From positions 2,944,001-3,008,000 of the forward strand of contig CAXXHB010000003.1 of the NCBI GenBank assembly GCA_963664815.2: 64,000 nucleotides of DNA. Reading direction: 5' to 3'. The notes under the pieces were generated by a model that searched no databases, had not been told where the DNA came from, and worked only from the letters and a program-made list of their open reading frames with translations. The stretch's first letter is position 1. Each line of letters opens with the position of its first letter. Source of the stretch: Spirochaetota bacterium. GTDB lineage: Bacteria > Spirochaetota > UBA4802 > UBA5550. The translations under genes were made by a program, and so were the position numbers. This document shows positions 1 through 10,310 of this stretch, one piece after another.

Positions 1-22
1 AATATTTCTTTTTAAATTTAAC

Positions 23-1435
23 TTATTGCACCCTATCGCACACTACAACTTTTCCCATCATTGAAAGCTCTTTTTCAAGTTTACGGCTGCCAACCACAAC
101 TGTTACCAAACCTTGCTTAAAAATTTTACTGCTTTCACCTGTAACATCCAATTGAGTAACACTATTAATGTTATCAAGATAATTTTTAAAGTATTCCGTA
201 TCAAGGTCATTGTATTCAATTTCGAAGAAATTAGCCAGCAGGTCATCAATATTATTAAACTTAAAAACATAACTATTTTTTATCGATTCTTTCGCCCATT
301 CCAGCTCCTCTTTAGTGACAGGTTCGTTACACATTTTATTGATATTATCACGTATAAGAGAAAGAACCTCTGTTACAGATTCATTTTTTGTCTGTGCAAA
401 AGATATAAATACACCGGTATTTCGCCTGTTCCTGATTAAAGAATACACGGAATATGCAAGCCCCCGCTTGACTCTTATTTCGTTCATCAGTCTTGAATTA
501 AATGATCCTCCACCCAGAATATAGTTCACAATGTAAAGGGCATAGTCTCCACTGTACTTTATATCTGGAGCAAGTGTTCCTGTATAGATAGTAGCCTGTT
601 CCAATTCAGACGGGATAAGATATATTACACCTGATGAAGATTTTATATCAGCTAAAACCTTCTCCCTATCAACAGAATAGTATTGCCTCTTGCCACTAAC
701 AATTTCAGAAAGTTCACTTCCGGCAAGAGTTATGATCTCTCTCTCTCCAATGGAGGAAGATACCGCAATATTAATATTGCCACCTGTTACAAATTTCTTC
801 CATAATTCTTTAAGTATTTCAGTATCAACCCCCCCAATACTTTTTTCAGTGGGTACCGAACCGTAACCAGAACCTCCGAATATAATTTCCCGCAATTTCA
901 GTACTCCTGCCTCTTCAGGTTCATCCATATCTCTTCTCACTTTTTCTATTACCAGTTTTTTTGATAATTTTACACCCGCTTCATCAAAAACAGGATTTTT
1001 AAGGATATCTCCAAGTATTTTGAATGCCAGGCTGCTGTATTTACTCAAAACCTTTATTTCAATCCCGATATTTTCCCACCCTGCAGAAATCTGAATCTGT
1101 CCACCAACAGATTCAAGCTCCTCATTAAGTTTATTCCCCGGATAAGCTGCCGATCCTCCAATGGTTAACGCTTTGTTCAGAACTTCTGTGATTCCGGCAT
1201 TACTGCTGTTTTCATACAACTTGCCAAAAGATATTGATACATATATAACAGTAACAGGCAGATCGTTTTCAAGATAATAGAAGTTTATCTCATTCTTCAT
1301 CCTGTTTTTTTTCACTTCCGGGAGAGAAGAAAGAAAATCTGAACTGAATGATTTTCCAGTTTCAGCCACCGATAAATCCGGAGAAAACAACAATACGGAC
1401 AATAAAACCGTATAAATTGATAATATTTTTTTCAT
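23..1435 (-). CDS. M16B family peptidase, non-catalytic partner subunit (exported)
   Basis: M16 fold motifs (LGGGSFNSRL..EIRVKRGLAY), no HxxEH, signal-like N-terminus; 4-nt overlap with the catalytic paralog. Confidence 0.85.
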   Translation of the reverse strand: MKKILSIYTVLLSVLLFSPDLSVAETGKSFSSDFLSSLPEVKKNRMKNEINFYYLENDLPVTVIYVSISFGKLYENSSNAGITEVLNKALTIGGSAAYPGNKLNEELESVGGQIQISAGWENIGIEIKVLSKYSSLAFKILGDILKNPVFDEAGVKLSKKLVIEKVRRDMDEPEEAGVLKLREIIFGGSGYGSVPTEKSIGGVDTEILKELWKKFVTGGNINIAVSSSIGEREIITLAGSELSEIVSGKRQYYSVDREKVLADIKSSSGVIYLIPSELEQATIYTGTLAPDIKYSGDYALYIVNYILGGGSFNSRLMNEIRVKRGLAYSVYSLIRNRRNTGVFISFAQTKNESVTEVLSLIRDNINKMCNEPVTKEELEWAKESIKNSYVFKFNNIDDLLANFFEIEYNDLDTEYFKNYLDNINSVTQLDVTGESSKIFKQGLVTVVVGSRKLEKELSMMGKVVVCDRVQ

Positions 1436-2931
1436 TTGCCACTCCTGTCATCACAAAGTACTGCCACTGTCCTGTAATTATCCCTTACAAACTTGTCATA
1501 AGCAATCTGAATATCCTCAACAGTTAACTTATTAATTGTTTCAATATAATCCGCTATATATCGCCAGTCTCTGAATACTGTCTGAAAATAACTCAGCTGT
1601 CCTGCAATACCTCCATTGTTATCAAGCATAAAAATGAACGACGATTCGGAAAGAGTTTTAACTCTGTCAATCTCTACCGCATCAACTTCTTTCCGGAATT
1701 TGGCCATTTCTGAATATATCTCCTTTTCAATATCCTCAGGACTTACTCCATCAACCGGAACTGCATAGATCATAAACATATTATCATACCTTGAACCCGG
1801 AGCGCCATTCCAGGTATATATTGCTGAGGCCATTTTTTTCTCAAGAACAAGTGATCTGTAAAATCTTGATGCCTTACCGCTGCCAAGCGCAGATGAAATT
1901 ATATCAAACGCATAATCATCTTTTGATGGAGCTGTTGGTTTCTTCCACCCGATTATCATGGATGGCCGTGATTTAAAATAGACTTTAATTCTTTTTTCAC
2001 CAGTCTGTTCCGGTTCAATCACCTTTATTTCACCAGGCTCTGGACGGGGTTCTATACCTTCAAAATACTTTTTTATAATTCTATAAGTCTCTTCTGTATC
2101 CTGTTTCCCGACTACTGTTATAGTCATCCTCGAGGGAATATAAAAGTCATTATAAAACTTTTTAATGTCATTGATCGACATGTACTTTATATTGGATTCC
2201 CATCCTATAGTAGGATGCCTGTATGGATGCGCGGAGTATGCTGCTGCAAAAAAAGCCTCCTGCAGAATTCCGTCGCCACCAGACTGTGACCTCATTAATC
2301 TCTCTTCAAATACATTATCTCTTTCACTGTAGTATTCCCTGAAAACAGGATGTTTCAATCTGGCAGATTCAGTTTCTGCCCACATTTCTATTCTGTCTGA
2401 CGGGAGTTCTATATAGTAACCCGTCATGTCCCTGGAGGTAGAAGCATTAAACATCACGCCGCCATTAGATGTATAAAGCATATCATATGGAGAACTTATA
2501 ATCAGTTTTGCATTTTCTTCCTGAAGCTTCTTAAATTCAGCTTCCAGTTTTTTAATCTCTCCACTTGAAGGATTTTCAAGTTTAAGACGGTCAATAGTTT
2601 CCCCTACAGCCTCAAGGCGGTCAAGAACCGGTTTCTCCTTCTTATAATCCTTTGTACCGAGTTTATCAGTTCCTTTAAAAAGCATATGCTCCAGAATATG
2701 CGCTGCACCCAAGGTTTTATAACTCTCATCAACAGAACCAACTCTGAAAGATATATGAAAAGCAAGCGTCGGAGAAAAACCCCTGTCCAGCATTAATAGC
2801 ACTATGCCATTATTCAGTTTCTTTTCCACAACCTTGTTTCTGAAATAACGTGTAGCGCTAAGTTCAGACGGATAATTATCACTCGATACCATCATGAAAA
2901 TCAATATTACTAAAAAATAAAACTTTTTCAT
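1432..2931 (-). CDS. M16B (pitrilysin-like) zinc peptidase, catalytic subunit
   Basis: Inverted zinc motif HILEHMLFKGT, NAST motif, HPYRHPTIGW; signal-like N-terminus. Confidence 0.9.
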   Translation of the reverse strand: MKKFYFLVILIFMMVSSDNYPSELSATRYFRNKVVEKKLNNGIVLLMLDRGFSPTLAFHISFRVGSVDESYKTLGAAHILEHMLFKGTDKLGTKDYKKEKPVLDRLEAVGETIDRLKLENPSSGEIKKLEAEFKKLQEENAKLIISSPYDMLYTSNGGVMFNASTSRDMTGYYIELPSDRIEMWAETESARLKHPVFREYYSERDNVFEERLMRSQSGGDGILQEAFFAAAYSAHPYRHPTIGWESNIKYMSINDIKKFYNDFYIPSRMTITVVGKQDTEETYRIIKKYFEGIEPRPEPGEIKVIEPEQTGEKRIKVYFKSRPSMIIGWKKPTAPSKDDYAFDIISSALGSGKASRFYRSLVLEKKMASAIYTWNGAPGSRYDNMFMIYAVPVDGVSPEDIEKEIYSEMAKFRKEVDAVEIDRVKTLSESSFIFMLDNNGGIAGQLSYFQTVFRDWRYIADYIETINKLTVEDIQIAYDKFVRDNYRTVAVLCDDRSGK

Positions 2932-2959
2932 CTATACCTCTTTTCTCCATCCATCATTA

Positions 2960-3385
2960 TTACTTTTTTCTGTTTTCATCATCCCTTATAATCTCTTCAG
3001 CAAGAATCTTAAGTTTAGGATGAATTTTCACTTCAATTTCATCACTGGAAATATGACCATCTGTTTCTATATCGTTTTTATCTTCAGACGGAGACTTCAG
3101 CCATTTGTTAAGCGCAAACATCATTCTTGCGAAAATCTCGTCTACTCTGTCCTGCCTGTTGATCATTTTATAAAATTTAAAGGCTATCAGAGGTTGTTTC
3201 TTATCAAAATAATAATAATCAGCCACGCGCATTATACCGTCACGATAACCGGCCTTAACAAAATATTTTATCGCTTCCGTAATGTTTCCATCGTTGAAAT
3301 ATTCATTACCTTTTCTGGCAAAAGCAACTTTTTCATCATCTTTCATATCACGCACCCGTATTTCATACGTATAATTACCCGGCAA
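2960..3385 (-). CDS. Hypothetical helical/TPR-like protein
   Basis: 141-aa ORF (TTG start); KGNEYFNDGNITEAIKYF resembles a TPR helix; 29 bp upstream of the M16 pair. Confidence 0.6.
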   Translation of the reverse strand: MPGNYTYEIRVRDMKDDEKVAFARKGNEYFNDGNITEAIKYFVKAGYRDGIMRVADYYYFDKKQPLIAFKFYKMINRQDRVDEIFARMMFALNKWLKSPSEDKNDIETDGHISSDEIEVKIHPKLKILAEEIIRDDENRKK

Positions 3386-3497
3386 AATGCTAAAAAAAAA
3401 TTATAACTTGACAAAGATATTTTAATTATCTCAAATCAGGCGTCTACATTTAATTATTATATAATCTTAGCTATTATCAATAATGATGGTGTTTCAA

Positions 3498-3526
3498 AGA
3501 CTAATTAAAGAACACAAATTTGTCAA
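3498..3526 (-). promoter_or_regulatory. sigma70-type promoter for the hypothetical-M16 operon
   Basis: TTGACA-N17-TAGTCT read on the minus strand. Confidence 0.5.
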
Positions 3527-3550
3527 TGCTGTTTATTAAGGGAGAAATAT

Positions 3551-4318
3551 ATGTATCCTATACTTTTTAATTATAAATTAATAACAATAGGTTCATACGG
3601 ACTGCTTCTCGGTCTTGCTTTTTACATTTCCTTTCTGCTTCTTGAAAGAGAATTCACACTAAAAGAAATTGACCCTGAACTTGCGTATAAACTACTTATC
3701 ATAATTATCCCTTCAGCTATCATCGGGGCAAAAATATTTCATATTTTTGAAAATTTTGAAGAATTTATATCCGCTCCATCTGCAATGATATTTTCCGGCG
3801 CAGGGCTTTCAGTTTACGGAGGATTTGTACTGTCGTTTATTGCATCAATAGTTGTAATAAAAAAGAATAATGAAGGCGTGCTTAAAATATTCGATACAAC
3901 ATCTCCATCAATGGCTTTAGGTTATGCCATAGGACGACTGGGCTGTCACGCTTCAGGTGACGGATGTTACGGTATACCTACTGATTCTTTTTTCGGCATG
4001 GCCTATCCTAATGGGATTGTTCCTATAACAGTAAACGTATTCCCGGCTCCTCTTTTCGAATCATTCGCTTCATTGATTTTTTTCCTTATTTTAATGAGAC
4101 TCCGCAAATCTGGATTTAAAACAGGCACTCTTTTTTTTACTTATCTTATCATGAACGGGTTAGCAAGATTCTCGATTGAGTTTATAAGACTCAATCCAGT
4201 AACAACCATCGGGCTTACACAGGCGCAAATTATAGCTATCTGTTTTATCTTTTGTGGAATTGCAGGATTTATTTATATCAATAAAAAAAGTCCTGTGTTA
4301 AAACAAAATGCCGCTTGA
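3551..4318 (+). CDS. lgt: Prolipoprotein diacylglyceryl transferase
   Basis: MYP start, GLSVYGG, GRLGC..GDGCYG, RFSIEFIR motifs; multi-TM; RBS AAGGGAG. Confidence 0.92.
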   Translation: MYPILFNYKLITIGSYGLLLGLAFYISFLLLEREFTLKEIDPELAYKLLIIIIPSAIIGAKIFHIFENFEEFISAPSAMIFSGAGLSVYGGFVLSFIASIVVIKKNNEGVLKIFDTTSPSMALGYAIGRLGCHASGDGCYGIPTDSFFGMAYPNGIVPITVNVFPAPLFESFASLIFFLILMRLRKSGFKTGTLFFTYLIMNGLARFSIEFIRLNPVTTIGLTQAQIIAICFIFCGIAGFIYINKKSPVLKQNAA

Positions 4319-4390
4319 GCAATAGGAGAGATCTTCAAATAATTGCCCGATTATCTCTGCAAATGGAACACTTTTTATTAACTAATAAAT

Positions 4391-4430
4391 AAAAAAATAA
4401 AGGATGAGCTGTATTAAAACTCATCCTTTA
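4391..4430 (-). terminator. Intrinsic terminator after rpmE
   Basis: taaaggatgag/ctcatccttta stem (4398-4430) followed by a T7 tract on the minus strand. Confidence 0.75.
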
Positions 4431-4457
4431 AGATTCAAATTTATTAATTAAATATAA

Positions 4458-4658
4458 TTATTTAATGTTGTATTTCTTCTTAAATTTATCAACTCTTCCT
4501 GCAGTATCAATAATCTTCTGCTTTTTAGTATAAAAAGGGTGACAATTAGAACAGATCTCAACGTGAAGATCTTTTACAGTGGACCTTGTTTCAATAACAT
4601 TCCCACATGCACAGTGAATCTTTGTTTCAGCATAATCCGGATGTATTCCAGGTTTCAT
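4458..4658 (-). CDS. rpmE: 50S ribosomal protein L31, zinc-binding type
   Basis: [28 protein letters not shown]; start moved to ATG 4658, which has RBS CAGGAG. Confidence 0.97.
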   Translation of the reverse strand: MKPGIHPDYAETKIHCACGNVIETRSTVKDLHVEICSNCHPFYTKKQKIIDTAGRVDKFKKKYNIK

Positions 4659-4709
4659 AGCTTTTTTTATCTCCTGTAACTTGTGTATTTTCTTTTTTAT
4701 CATGCATTT

Positions 4710-6062
4710 TCAGGCTGTATTCATCGCCCTGAAAAATGCCTTGTTATTCTTTGTAGCCTTCATCTTCTCAACAAGAAGCTCCATTGCTTCAGTGGCACTC
4801 ATGGAAGCAAGAGCTTTTCTTAATACCCATAATTTATTTAACTCTTCTTCGTCAAGCAGTAATTCTTCTTTTCTTGTGCCCGACTTATTAATATCTATAG
4901 CAGGATAAATCCTTCTATCCGAAAGCTTTCTGTCAAGATGAAGTTCGCTGTTTCCTGTACCTTTAAATTCTTCGAAAATAACCTCATCCATTCTGCTTCC
5001 TGTATCAATCAAAGCTGTTGCCAGAATAGTAAGACTCCCACCCTGCTCAATGTTTCTTGCAGCTCCAAAAAACCGTTTTGGCTTATGAAGAGCATTGGAA
5101 TCAACGCCACCAGAGAGTATTTTTCCACTTGTAGGGACAACCTGATTGTAGGCTCTGGCAAGCCTTGTTATTGAATCAAGAAGAATAACAACATCCATTT
5201 TTCTCTCTACAAGCCTTCTTGCTTTATTTATCACCATTTCGGCTACCTGAACATGCCTGGTTGCCTGCTCATCAAAAGTTGAAGATACTACCTCTCCTCT
5301 TACTGATCTTGCCATATCGGTTACCTCTTCAGGCCTCTCATCTATGAGAAGAACAATAAGGTATATTTCCGGATGATTCTTTGTTATTGCATTTGCTATT
5401 TTCTGAAGAAGAATGGTTTTCCCTGTTCTTGGAGGTGCTACTATAAGTGCTCTTTGACCTTTGCCTATTGGTGTCATGAGGTTCATAATCCTCATCTCAA
5501 CTTCAGTGCCTTCAGTTTCAAGATTTATTCTCTGTTGCGGGTAAAGAGGAGTGAGATCATCAAACATTACTCTCCTGTGAAGATTTTCCGGATTTTCATA
5601 GTTAATCGCCTCAATTCTCAGAAGCGCAAAAAATCTCTCATTATCTTTTGGAGGACGTATCTGACCCGCAACTGTATCACCGGTTTTAAGTCCAAACAAC
5701 CTTATTTGAGACGGAGAAACATAAATATCATCAGGACCTGGAAGATAATTGTAATTAGGCGATCTGAGGAAACCGTAACCATCACTGAGTATCTCAAGTA
5801 CTCCACTGGCAAAAATCAGCCCTTTCTGCTCGGTCTGCCCTTTTAAAATCTCAAAAATGAGATCCTGCTTTTTCAGACCTGATGTTCCTTCGAGTTTCAT
5901 TTCTTTGGCAAGACTGTATAGCTCAGTAATAGTCTTCGCCTTCAGTTCACCAAGATCAAGCTTATAGCCTTCGTTCCCTTTTACCCCTGCGAGTTTATCG
6001 TCAATTAAACCTTCTTCACAATCTGCATTCAGGTTGTCATTCATTTCACTGGCTTTTGGCAT
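4710..6062 (-). CDS. rho: Transcription termination factor Rho
   Basis: [17 protein letters not shown]-loop [27 protein letters not shown]. Confidence 0.98.
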   Translation of the reverse strand: MPKASEMNDNLNADCEEGLIDDKLAGVKGNEGYKLDLGELKAKTITELYSLAKEMKLEGTSGLKKQDLIFEILKGQTEQKGLIFASGVLEILSDGYGFLRSPNYNYLPGPDDIYVSPSQIRLFGLKTGDTVAGQIRPPKDNERFFALLRIEAINYENPENLHRRVMFDDLTPLYPQQRINLETEGTEVEMRIMNLMTPIGKGQRALIVAPPRTGKTILLQKIANAITKNHPEIYLIVLLIDERPEEVTDMARSVRGEVVSSTFDEQATRHVQVAEMVINKARRLVERKMDVVILLDSITRLARAYNQVVPTSGKILSGGVDSNALHKPKRFFGAARNIEQGGSLTILATALIDTGSRMDEVIFEEFKGTGNSELHLDRKLSDRRIYPAIDINKSGTRKEELLLDEEELNKLWVLRKALASMSATEAMELLVEKMKATKNNKAFFRAMNTA

Positions 6063-6222
6063 GTTTTATCCTTTGAGTATTGTTTTATTCTTTTCATTCT
6101 AACTTAAGAGGTAAATCAAAAATGCCTTTGCTTAAAAATCTATTCGTTTCGAAATTTATGATTATTAAACAGCAAAAAGAGGTGTTCGGGGTAAAACAAC
6201 AAAGACACTTATATTTAAAAAT

Positions 6223-6251
6223 ATGATATAAAAATGATAATTTTGAGTCAA
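6223..6251 (-). promoter_or_regulatory. sigma70-type promoter of rho-rpmE
   Basis: TTGACT-N17-TATCAT about 160 nt upstream of the rho ATG. Confidence 0.6.
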
Positions 6252-6341
6252 GAGAAATATATAAAAAAAATATTTTTTTTTAATATATCTTTTTTTATTA
6301 TTCCTGCCATTATGGCATAGTTAATGTAATAAAAAATTGAA

Positions 6342-7292
6342 TTACTTGTTAACTTCTATGCTGAATTTCCGGATCTTTGAACTCAATGCCTGCCGCGAAA
6401 GCTTCAGAACTTCTGCTGATTCATCAAGGTTTTTGCATTTTCTGATTGTATCCACTAATATATGTCGTTCAACAGCCTCTATAATTTCATTAAAGGATTT
6501 TGCTCTCAGGTCAACTCCAGGAAGTCTTACATCCTCAGATCCTGAATTTTTTTTATCACAGAAGATAAGAAATCCAGATTTCCTTTCATTACTAACAAGT
6601 GGAATTTTTTCATAAAATATATCAAGCTCATCATTATGAAATATTAAATCATTTTCATCAAGGCCTGAAAAAAGCTCATTCTTAAGAGGATCACTGAATA
6701 TTTTTTCAAGCAGTTCTACGTTTACTTCTGCTCCATACTTTTCTGTATAAAGATCCTCAAAATGACTATTATAAAAAATTGTTCTCCCATTTTCATTGAT
6801 TGCATAAAGTCCTCTGGGTATATGTTCAAGAATAAGATAAATCATCCAGTCAAGAGCCTGATCCTCCTGCTGTTTTTTCACCTCGCTTTCCTGATTCACC
6901 CCCCTTGTATCGCACGCAGTAAAAAGCTGAACTCTGTTCCACTTTCCCTGCACTTCACCGAAAATATTAATTACAACAAATTCCCTGATTTTCCCATATT
7001 GGAGAAGATCATCAAAAGACATTTTAGCCGCATTGCGGGTTATAAATTCATCAATCTTTAATTTTTCAACACGTTCAATATCACTTAATTCAGATATGAT
7101 ATTCTGTTTTTTAAGTATACCGATTAAAAGACCTCTTTTTGATATTACAGGTATTATCGGTACATCATGGACATAAAAAAGACGCACAACATCTTCCGGA
7201 CGGGCGCTCTGGTAATCATAGGGATTTTCGGTGAACTCTTTTGTTTCAATATCACCGTTTCTTGTCTCTTTATTTATTTCTTCTTCACTCAT
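6342..7292 (-). CDS. CBS-like + PAS-like + Fis-type HTH protein (putative regulator)
   Basis: N-terminal IPVISKRGLLIGIL (CBS-like); ILEHIPRGLYAINENGRTIFYN (PAS-like); C-terminal VERHIL..NLDESAEVLKLSRQALSSKIRKF (Fis HTH). Confidence 0.7.
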   Translation of the reverse strand: MSEEEINKETRNGDIETKEFTENPYDYQSARPEDVVRLFYVHDVPIIPVISKRGLLIGILKKQNIISELSDIERVEKLKIDEFITRNAAKMSFDDLLQYGKIREFVVINIFGEVQGKWNRVQLFTACDTRGVNQESEVKKQQEDQALDWMIYLILEHIPRGLYAINENGRTIFYNSHFEDLYTEKYGAEVNVELLEKIFSDPLKNELFSGLDENDLIFHNDELDIFYEKIPLVSNERKSGFLIFCDKKNSGSEDVRLPGVDLRAKSFNEIIEAVERHILVDTIRKCKNLDESAEVLKLSRQALSSKIRKFSIEVNK

Positions 7293-8086
7293 TTAAATCC
7301 CAGAACATCATACATTGTATAAAAACCGGGTGCTTTGTTCAGTAGATACTCAATGGCAGAAACAGCTCCGCGGGCAAATACATCTCTGCTTGCAGCCCTG
7401 TGAGTCAGTTCAATTCTGTCATCAAGGCCTGTATAGAACACAGTATGCTCTCCGATAATGTTACCGCCGCGCATTGCATGCATTCCTATTTCGTTATTTG
7501 TCCTCTCTCCTTTAATCCCCTCACGACCGTTGACATCAACAGCATCTGAAAGGCCTGTCATATTTTCCTTTACTATATCCAGAAGTCTTTTAGCTGTTCC
7601 AGAAGGAGCGTCTTTTTTAAACCTGTGATGTGCTTCAAAAATTTCAACATCGTAATCTGTAGTAAGAGCCCTGGATGCTATTTCAGTTAATTTAAAAAGG
7701 AGATTAACACCAAGTGACATGTTTGGTGATAGTATTACAGGTATTTTATCAGAATAAGATCTGATCTTGGCGGTATCAGTATCTGAGAAACCGGTAGTTC
7801 CTATCACAACAGGTTTTTTTATCTCCGCAAGCAGCTTTAACAATTCAAAAGTTGCCGCAGGACCGGAGAAGTCAATAATTCCGTCAATCCCCTTAAGCGA
7901 CACTGAATTCACCGGAGTAATAATACAATCAGCAAGAGATGATTTAACCAGAAGGGATGCATTTGTGTTTATCAGTGGCGATCCTGCCGCATCAAACGCA
8001 GCGCATAATTTATGCCCCCGCTCAACTGCAATCCGGAGAATGGCGTTTCCCATTCTCCCACCTATCCCGCAAATGCCAATATTCAT
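7289..8086 (-). CDS. dapB: 4-hydroxy-tetrahydrodipicolinate reductase
   Basis: GIGGRMG, IDFS, VIGTTG, EAHHRFKKDAPSGTA. Confidence 0.97.
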   Translation of the reverse strand: MNIGICGIGGRMGNAILRIAVERGHKLCAAFDAAGSPLINTNASLLVKSSLADCIITPVNSVSLKGIDGIIDFSGPAATFELLKLLAEIKKPVVIGTTGFSDTDTAKIRSYSDKIPVILSPNMSLGVNLLFKLTEIASRALTTDYDVEIFEAHHRFKKDAPSGTAKRLLDIVKENMTGLSDAVDVNGREGIKGERTNNEIGMHAMRGGNIIGEHTVFYTGLDDRIELTHRAASRDVFARGAVSAIEYLLNKAPGFYTMYDVLGFK

Positions 8087-8964
8087 TTGAGTTTTACTCC
8101 ATAATCAGCAAGAGTTTTATGGAGTACTCCCCGGTTTTCATCGCTTAATGATACAAGTGGAAGCCTTAATTCGCCACTGCAAAATCCAGCCATTTCCATT
8201 GCAGCTTTTATCGGTATGGGATTGGTTTCCAGGAACATTGCACGGCAAAGAGGGAGAAGTCTGTAAAACTGTGCCCTGGCCTCATCTATTTTATTCTCAT
8301 TGTACAAGGTGACAACTTTTTTCACATCCGCCGGAAGTATATTGGAAAGTACGGATATAACCCCCTTTCCCCCTATGGAGAGCAAAGGAAGCAGAAGATT
8401 ATCATCCCCGGAAAGAACAGTCAGCCTGCCACCACAGAGTTCTATCAGCCGCATAATCTGTGCTATATCACCAGATGCTTCCTTCATTGCAACAATATGA
8501 TCAGTTCTCTTAAGAAGCTCAGCGACACTCTCGGGTAAAAAGTTTACTCCGGATCTTCCAGGTATATTGTACAAAATAATAGGGAGTTTAGTTGCTTTTG
8601 CTATTGCCTCATAATGGGCAATGAGTCCCCGCTGTGTCGGTTTATTATAATACGGGTTAACAGAAAGAGTTGCATCCACTCCGGAATCCTCTGCTCCTTT
8701 CGTAAGCCAGATAGCTTCACTTGTGGAATTTGCACCTGTTCCGGCAATAACTTTAATCCTGCCGTTTACGATTTTTACCACTCGTCTGATAAATTCCTCA
8801 TGCTCCTCAAATGAAATTGTCGGAGACTCACCCGTTGTACCCATGGGAATGATTCCATCAATACCTTCACTTATTTGCCTCTCTATCAGCAATTCAAGCG
8901 AGCTATAATCAATTTTATCATTCTTAAACGGGGTAATAATTGCTGTAAATGCACCTTCAAACAT
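8083..8964 (-). CDS. dapA: 4-hydroxy-tetrahydrodipicolinate synthase
   Basis: GTTGES, PYYNKP, YNIPGR, Schiff-base lysine in KEASG. Confidence 0.97.
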   Translation of the reverse strand: MFEGAFTAIITPFKNDKIDYSSLELLIERQISEGIDGIIPMGTTGESPTISFEEHEEFIRRVVKIVNGRIKVIAGTGANSTSEAIWLTKGAEDSGVDATLSVNPYYNKPTQRGLIAHYEAIAKATKLPIILYNIPGRSGVNFLPESVAELLKRTDHIVAMKEASGDIAQIMRLIELCGGRLTVLSGDDNLLLPLLSIGGKGVISVLSNILPADVKKVVTLYNENKIDEARAQFYRLLPLCRAMFLETNPIPIKAAMEMAGFCSGELRLPLVSLSDENRGVLHKTLADYGVKLK

Positions 8965-8971
8965 ACTATGC

Positions 8972-9397
8972 TTATCCTTTTATTTTTTTACTTTTAGTCT
9001 CTTTTTTAATAACTTTTTTTTCTGCCTTAGCCCCGGAAATTTTAGGCTTTACAAGTTTCAGAAGTTCAGCATCAAGAAACTCCTGGCTGAACTTTTCATC
9101 AGGAAAGTCACTCTGAAAAAGATACAGCAACAAAACTCTCTTTGATACAAGAAGCTCTTCACTGGAATCATATGCATAGATTTTTACCCACTCATCACCT
9201 GGTACAACAATAAGCTTTACAATGCTATTTGCAGGTAAAATTTCTTCATTCCGGCTTATATTCTGCAGCAGTACAAACTCGCCGGCCTGGTATTTTAATA
9301 ATAAAGTTCCCGAATCTTCATCACGTATAAAAGTGGAACAGGCTGAAGTAAATATCAATGCGATGAAAAAAATTCTGCCAACACTTGTTTTTATCAT
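8972..9397 (-). CDS. Lipoprotein, resembling the spirochete T2SS-associated lipoprotein family
   Basis: Hydrophobic signal ending FTSA-C; Lys-rich tail; family assignment from recalled resemblance only. Confidence 0.55.
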   Translation of the reverse strand: MIKTSVGRIFFIALIFTSACSTFIRDEDSGTLLLKYQAGEFVLLQNISRNEEILPANSIVKLIVVPGDEWVKIYAYDSSEELLVSKRVLLLYLFQSDFPDEKFSQEFLDAELLKLVKPKISGAKAEKKVIKKETKSKKIKG

Positions 9398-9691
9398 AAT
9401 ATCGTCTCTATTTAATATTTGAAAAAATCACACATATATTCTTATTGTCAAGTCAATAATAAAGCATTTTTAATACATCATTAAACTCTTTAAGTAAAAC
9501 AAATGCTCATTGAAAATCTTAACACGTTTTATAAAACTGAAAACAATTGCCGTGATATGCAGGAGTTAATACAGTCTTAATTGCACAAAGGTTTATTAAT
9601 CTAAACTGTTCAGAAAATATCAGTACACAAAGATTTATAAATTAAAGTAAACTGCCAGAATCGATCACTTTCCCTTATCAGTTTAGACAAT

Positions 9692-9720
9692 AAAGGCTGC
9701 CCCTGCAGGAAACAGCCTTT
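9692..9720 (-). terminator. Terminator hairpin after the response regulator
   Basis: aaaggctg...cagccttt inverted repeat, extendable with G:U pairs on the minus strand. Confidence 0.6.
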
Positions 9721-9760
9721 GTATAGCATAATTAAAAATAATAAAAAGCCGGTATTTCAA

Positions 9761-10132
9761 TTATGCTCCAATCGCTTTTTTTATCTGAGAAAGAAGAGTA
9801 TCGGGATTGACCGGTTTCTGAAGTACTCCATTAAATCCTAAATCTACCACATTGATGTTACTTGCCGTAGCATTCCCGATACTGCTTAAAAGGTATACCG
9901 GAATCTGACTGTTTTCTTTCCTGATCATCTCGGCTACTTTGCTGCCTGCATCAACCCTCTCCATCATCATGTCACAGAGAACAAGGTCAGGCTTTTCACT
10001 TTTAAATTTTTCTATCCCCTCTTTGCCATCCATAGCAGTGATAACATTATATCCTTCAGAGTTCAACACTGCACTGATAGAATCCAGAATATCCGGATCA
10101 TCATCTATCACAAGTATATTTTTTTCGGACAT
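9761..10132 (-). CDS. Stand-alone response regulator receiver protein
   Basis: ILVIDDD, phospho-acceptor LCDMMM, QKP; no output domain. Confidence 0.92.
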   Translation of the reverse strand: MSEKNILVIDDDPDILDSISAVLNSEGYNVITAMDGKEGIEKFKSEKPDLVLCDMMMERVDAGSKVAEMIRKENSQIPVYLLSSIGNATASNINVVDLGFNGVLQKPVNPDTLLSQIKKAIGA

Positions 10133-10173
10133 TTCAGTCTCCTTATAGTAAAAAGATTCAAACCTCTTAATAC

Positions 10174-10202
10174 AGTTTATTTCCGGAATAAATCCATGTC
10201 AA
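10174..10202 (-). promoter_or_regulatory. sigma70-type promoter of the receiver gene
   Basis: TTGACA-N17-TAAACT; spacer contains TTCCGGAA. Confidence 0.65.
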
Positions 10203-10215
10203 CAAAGATGTCTAT

Positions 10216-10249
10216 TGTGTCGATAAAAACTGTATTTTTTATCGACACA
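10216..10249. repeat. Perfect 14-bp inverted repeat (operator or terminator)
   Basis: tgtgtcgataaaaa-ctgtat-tttttatcgacaca. Confidence 0.8.
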
Positions 10250-10310
10250 TAATTTTTATACAAGCTTTAAAAAATGTGAATCCACCTTAATTTCTAAGCA
10301 TATTTTTACA

